Of a DNA stretch of 64,000 bases, positions 60,601 to 64,000 are shown piece after piece. Source of the stretch: Oceanispirochaeta sp. (GTDB lineage: Bacteria > Spirochaetota > Spirochaetia > DSM-2461). The notes beneath the pieces were generated by a model. It did not search any database and was not told where the DNA came from. It saw only the letters and a list, made by a program, of their open reading frames with translations. The translations under genes were made by a program, and so were the position numbers. Location: the NCBI GenBank assembly GCA_963666275.2, contig CAXXOA010000002.1, forward strand, positions 1,760,001 through 1,824,000. Reading direction: 5' to 3'. Position 1 is the stretch's first letter; each line of letters opens with the position of its first letter.

Positions 60601-60775
60601 AGTTTTGCAGGAACTGAAAAAAATCAATCCCTTTGTGCAGGTTATCATTGCCACGGGATTTTCCATCGAATCTAAAAGCGATCAGTTCCGCCAGGCCGGC
60701 GCGGCGGATTTTATAGGAAAACCCTTCAGTATTGATGATCTGAACAGCCGTATCAGAAAGGTTCTCAGTCAGTAG
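57623..60775 (+). CDS. Hybrid sensor histidine kinase (multi-TM, Cache, PAS, HisKA, HATPase, REC)
   Basis: SIGDGVI, GGIAHDFNN, MNIALNARDAM, DTGDGM, IFEPFFTTK, REC IDDE...LDAVM. Confidence 0.92.
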   Translation: MNESLKKYGILLLLLGMIIPANLFSIELFYGVNFIFGTLFVFLIAFMYNPLWSLLAGLISSVTMFFLWHHLFATPVFMAEAFTVSLLYHFRKKGTPVEYAALFWTVLGLPLGLLIYKTGTSMSWEAVIMSTLKQFLNSLFTSSLAGFLLILPSLPFLKKRFDKEENLTPLYEMISSIVILVLLSGILFVVVKENRVYEKRSINGVKERLIDTSDSFISYLDDWKKKNGYSLYRMSYQFDKSELADPRALQMNLEFLSETLNAFDSLTIAGKTGQVIASSPPVNTLGISNLDRDYSDTPVFHYLQNSLDTAYTDIILSDDNERYLLGVGAPIRIDGQFEGFVMGMLYLDPMFQIMNQFRQNISQDITLIDASGRVIISTGPYSERSLFVSVDEGLKVPIGDGVIHWFPSDTSSSMQSFQHSRLYYKSVIPDLNWTLYLEEGLAPRAEELIRLSLENNIFILILVLLFIVLFKMGLSRITGTLERIIRIGKTDNYLSDQEWPSTRIQEFHEIISYFQSLMKLHRLDNRQMKDQNRELTKINSALIQSEENLRITLQSIGDGVIVTDESGSVTDLNPVACRLIGWTYESALNKSLDTLLDLKEEITGAGVKLMEKILQNGESIYPGTPYKLTDPQRKTAIVTIGAEPIRTSLDSDIRGAVLILRNISETRKLEEQLRQSQKLEVVGQLSGGIAHDFNNILTGILGLNKMIQSELPPDSSGREYSENIDKQIARAADLTGKLLAFSRKGKMVTKVFDLHTVINETVMILERTIDKSVSIEKRTDAKFTHINGDPVQIQSVLMNIALNARDAMPKGGTLTIATENTKGLQNIETNTGIKMITGQHLRISITDTGDGMSDDVKVRIFEPFFTTKQKNGTSGMSLSAAFGAVSEHNGVISVRSEQGRGTVFDLYFPVVKNPEIKIEFPREKAAVQADETILVIDDEEIIRNSLKAILTELGYKVFIASGGEQGLSLYRDNSREISLVILDAVMADMTGLEVLQELKKINPFVQVIIATGFSIESKSDQFRQAGAADFIGKPFSIDDLNSRIRKVLSQ

Positions 60776-60849
60776 GCGGCTCAGAATTCTGATGTGAGGA
60801 TTCAGAACTTAAGGGTATAAAACTGATCTCTCAGGAATGAAACTAAAAT

Positions 60850-60879
60850 AAGATCCGGAGTGGTACTCCGGATCTTTTT
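60850..60879. terminator. Likely bidirectional terminator
   Basis: agatccggag-tggta-ctccggatct with an A-rich 5' side and a T-rich 3' side, between convergent genes. Confidence 0.8.
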
Positions 60880-60896
60880 CTTATTGTTTATAATAA

Positions 60897-62498
60897 TCAG
60901 ATCAGATTCCTGATGGCAGCTCTTTCGATTTCCAGTCCCTGATGGTACCGTTTGAAGAACTCTTCAAAACCGGCTGCATCTTTGGGATCCGGCTTAACAG
61001 CTTCGCCCATGCTTCCTGCAAATACTTCTTTGATGAAGCCGGGAAAATCCATTCCCTTGTCTTCTCTTTCCATAAAGGAGGCCAGAAGGGCTATTCCCCA
61101 GGCTCCGCCCTCTCCGGCGGTTTCCAGGATGGATATGGGAGTATTTGTCGCGGCGGCCATGATCTTCTGTCCCACTTCCGCTGCTTTGAAAAATCCGCCG
61201 TGTCCACGGATCTCATCCACTTCCACACCCTCTTTTTCAAAAAGGATATTCAGTCCGGTTCTCATGGCGCACAGAGCTGTGAACAGGTGGGATCTCATAA
61301 AGTTGGGGAGTGTGAATTTACCCTCGGGAGAACGGACAAAAAGCGGCCTTCCTTCGGTAAACCCTGTCATATGCTCACCAGAAACATAACCGATGCTCAA
61401 AAGGCCGCCGCAATCGGGATCCGCTTTAAGAGCCTGGTCCAGAAGGGTATCATAGAGTTTGGGAGTGGACACTTCCAGTCCCAGAGCTTTTACGGCTTCT
61501 CCGAACAGATGCATCCAGGCATCGTAGTCGGAGCTGCAGTTATTGGAGTGGGCCATGGCAACCAGGTGTCCGTCGGGAGTTGTTACCAGGTCCAGCTCGT
61601 GATACACCCGGGAGAGTTCCTTTTCCAGAACAATCATGGCGAACACAGAGGTTCCCGCAGAAACATTCCCTGTTCTGACGGCAACACTGTTTGTGGCGAC
61701 CATACCGGTTCCCGCATCGCCTTCGGGAGGACAGACGGGAATACCCGCTTCCAGATTCCCTGTGGGATCCAGCAGTCTGGCACCTTCTTCTGTCAGAGTT
61801 CCGGCAACTTCTCCGGCAACCATGACTTCCGGTAGGATCTCTTTGAGTTTCCAGCTGAACCCTTTATCTTTGACCTGCTCGTCAAATTTCCCGCACATCT
61901 CAAGATTGAAGTCTTTGGTTTCCAGATCAATGGGGAACATGCCGGAAGCTTCTCCGATTCCCATGGCTTTTTTTCCTGTCAGTTTCCAGTGGACATATCC
62001 GGCCAGAGTCGTCAGGTAATCGATTTCGCTGACATGCTCTTCACCGTTGAGGATAGACTGATACAGGTGGGCCACACTCCATCTCTGGGGGATGGGATAC
62101 TGAAACAGTTCGGCAAGCTCTTTGGAAGCCTGACCTGTAATATTGTTTCTCCAGGTTCTGAAAGGGACAAGCTGTTTTTCATTCTTGTCGGTTATAATAT
62201 ATCCGTGCATCATGCCGCTGAAACCAAGAGCTCTGATTTTGCTCAGTCCCACACCGAATTTGGATTTTACATCCTCTACCAGATCGGCAAAACAGGAACT
62301 GAGTCCTTCCCATACCTGTTCCAGCGGGTAGGTCCAGATTCCGTCAACCTGAGAATTTTCCCAGCCGTAACCGCCTGAAGCCAGTGGAGTGTTTTCAGGT
62401 CCGATGAGTACGGCTTTAATTCTGGTCGATCCCATTTCAATTCCGACCACTGCCTGACCGTTATTGATCATTTCGGCTGTTGCTTTTTCTATGCTCAC
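60897..62498 (-). CDS. araB: FGGY-family kinase, probable L-ribulokinase
   Basis: [48 protein letters not shown]; adjacent to araD. Confidence 0.8.
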   Translation of the reverse strand: MSIEKATAEMINNGQAVVGIEMGSTRIKAVLIGPENTPLASGGYGWENSQVDGIWTYPLEQVWEGLSSCFADLVEDVKSKFGVGLSKIRALGFSGMMHGYIITDKNEKQLVPFRTWRNNITGQASKELAELFQYPIPQRWSVAHLYQSILNGEEHVSEIDYLTTLAGYVHWKLTGKKAMGIGEASGMFPIDLETKDFNLEMCGKFDEQVKDKGFSWKLKEILPEVMVAGEVAGTLTEEGARLLDPTGNLEAGIPVCPPEGDAGTGMVATNSVAVRTGNVSAGTSVFAMIVLEKELSRVYHELDLVTTPDGHLVAMAHSNNCSSDYDAWMHLFGEAVKALGLEVSTPKLYDTLLDQALKADPDCGGLLSIGYVSGEHMTGFTEGRPLFVRSPEGKFTLPNFMRSHLFTALCAMRTGLNILFEKEGVEVDEIRGHGGFFKAAEVGQKIMAAATNTPISILETAGEGGAWGIALLASFMEREDKGMDFPGFIKEVFAGSMGEAVKPDPKDAAGFEEFFKRYHQGLEIERAAIRNLI

Positions 62499-62689
62499 TA
62501 CATTTCCCCTTTAAATAATTTTTTCAGTATTACAGTATACCCCCCGGGAGCCGCAGCAGGGGTATAGAATTTAAGCTGGATGTGTGTTTCCAGCCTGTTA
62601 TTTATACTGCCGTTTTCAGTTGTTTAAAGCAGCTTCCACCCCGGAGAAAAGCCTCTGCCCCGGGGCTTTCCAGCTGTTTATCCGGGAAG

Positions 62690-62705
62690 GCGTTATCGAT
62701 AACGC
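62690..62705. promoter_or_regulatory. Perfect 16-bp palindrome, LacI-family-type operator candidate upstream of araB
   Basis: gcgttatc|gataacgc. Confidence 0.55.
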
Positions 62706-62731
62706 ATTGTAATCCTACTTCTCATAATATG

Positions 62732-63430
62732 TCAATTCTTATCTGATTGTCCATAATAGGCATCCGATCCGTGTTTTCTCGTAAAATGTTTTGTCAGAAG
62801 CTCTTCCGGCATTGGCTGTATTCCGGGATCAGTTGTCTTGCCATTCCAGGCCATACAGGCCACCTCTTCCAGAACCACCGCATGATAGACAGCTTCCTGC
62901 GCATCTTTGCCCCATGTGAAGGGTGCATGGTTTTTTACAAGAACCGCAGGCATATCAAGAGGGGAGCGCTCTCTGAGGGCTTCAATAATAACCAGGCCTG
63001 TATTTTTCTCATAATCCTGCTGAATTTCCCGCCCTGTCAGGTCTCTTGTGCAGGGTACCGGTCCGTAGAAGTAATCCGCATGGGTTGTTCCGTAGGGCTC
63101 CAGGGAGGCTCCCGACTGGGAGAATATTGTGGCCCATCGGGAGTGGGTGTGACAGATCCCGCCGATGCTCCCATAGGCTCTGTAGAGTTCCAGATGGGTA
63201 GGGGTGTCCGACGAGGGATTGAGATCGCCTTCCACCCGGTTTCCCTCCAGATCGATCAGAACAATGTGGTCTCTTTCCATCCTGCTGTAGGATACTCCGC
63301 TGGGTTTAATCGCAATAATACCTTTTTTCCTGTCGATACCGCTGACATTTCCCCAGGTATAGAGAACCAGGCCTTTTCTGTGCAGTTCCAGATTTGCCTG
63401 TAGTACCTGTTCCTTTAATTCTTCAAGCAA
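62732..63430 (-). CDS. araD: L-ribulose-5-phosphate 4-epimerase
   Basis: TWGNVS, IKPSGV, PSSDTPTH, HTHS, GTTHADYFYG, HAPFTWG, RKHG..AYYGQ; TTG start after AGGAGG. Confidence 0.95.
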   Translation of the reverse strand: MLEELKEQVLQANLELHRKGLVLYTWGNVSGIDRKKGIIAIKPSGVSYSRMERDHIVLIDLEGNRVEGDLNPSSDTPTHLELYRAYGSIGGICHTHSRWATIFSQSGASLEPYGTTHADYFYGPVPCTRDLTGREIQQDYEKNTGLVIIEALRERSPLDMPAVLVKNHAPFTWGKDAQEAVYHAVVLEEVACMAWNGKTTDPGIQPMPEELLTKHFTRKHGSDAYYGQSDKN

Positions 63431-63660
63431 AGTATTCCTCCTGATCGATTTATCTGAATCCTTGTTATACTGGGTCCATTATATTTTCTCCTGCCGGAAA
63501 AACAATGGAATATATTCAAGAGGGATTTCTATTTTCTGTAAAATCTTTCAGAAATCTAAAAAAATGTAGGACTTCAGGAAAAAGGTGCTTTCCCCCGGAG
63601 ACAATGGTCTTGATCTTTTCCTCCCAACTCTGATCAAATAGGGGCATTCCATCGATTGAC

Positions 63661-63672
63661 GTAAACGATTAC
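63661..63672. promoter_or_regulatory. LacI-family-type operator candidate
   Basis: gtaaacgattac (imperfect palindrome centred on CG) just before the RBS of the HAD gene. Confidence 0.45.
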
Positions 63673-63689
63673 TTTGTTAGGAGTATAAC

Positions 63690-64000
63690 ATGATAAGAAC
63701 AGTCATTTTTGATATGGACGGCGTTCTCATAGACAGCGAACCTATACATCAGAGAGTCAACCAGGCTTATTTTAAAGATCTGGGGACCCGGGTAACCCAG
63801 GAGTTCTATCAGAAGAACTTTATTGGCCTCCCTGTAGAGCAGATGCTTATCTATCTGAAAAAAGAGTACACTCTGAAAGAGAGTGTCCCTCAGATGCTGA
63901 AGGAGTGCAGCGATCTCCTTTTCAGGGATTTTGAACAGTCCGATCTGACTCCCACCGCGGGGGCGGCGGATCTCCTGGGGGAACTGAAATCCCGAGGCTG
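63690..64000 (+). CDS. HAD-IA family phosphatase (beta-PGM-like), 3'-truncated by the window edge
   Basis: MIRTVIFDMDGVLIDSEPIH after AGGAG; frame open to the end of the window. Confidence 0.9.
   Translation, partial: MIRTVIFDMDGVLIDSEPIHQRVNQAYFKDLGTRVTQEFYQKNFIGLPVEQMLIYLKKEYTLKESVPQMLKECSDLLFRDFEQSDLTPTAGAADLLGELKSRG

Overview
Gene-dense bacterial chromosomal window, probably from an anaerobic free-living spirochaete (inference from the 'FSAGQQD'-type solute-binding-protein leader, gene repertoire and group II nitrogenase). In order it holds: (1) the end of a sigma54 activator and an orp-like NifB/NifX-DUF5320-MBL operon; (2) a complete Mo-nitrogenase cluster nifH-I1-I2-D-K-E-N-B-fdx, then nifV and an activator that looks AnfA/VnfA-like, with sigma54 promoters and paired YAC-N6-GTA sites; (3) three c-di-GMP enzymes flanking nif; (4) a two-component system, a YcjNOP-like ABC importer and an MggS-like GT4; (5) an MCP and a Cof hydrolase; (6) a REP-associated tyrosine transposase preceded by REP hairpins lying between two polarised tandem arrays (19x15 bp and about 7x18 bp); (7) an archaeal-type GAPDH/PGK pair with ybaK-family and dlgD genes; (8) a sugar locus with a membrane-anchored AraC, two paralogous SBPs, permeases, a URO-D-fold protein and a GH31; (9) an MNT-HEPN pair, DUF429 and a ParB/Srx-BMP fusion; (10) envelope genes, AraC-azlCD, a hybrid kinase, araB/araD and a partial HAD gene. 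I saw no rRNA, tRNA or CRISPR array. Best candidates for undescribed biology are the RAYT/REP/double-array architecture, the AnfA-type control of a Mo-nitrogenase, and the AraC/URO-D/GH31 sugar locus. All family calls come from motif recognition by eye; no searches were run.
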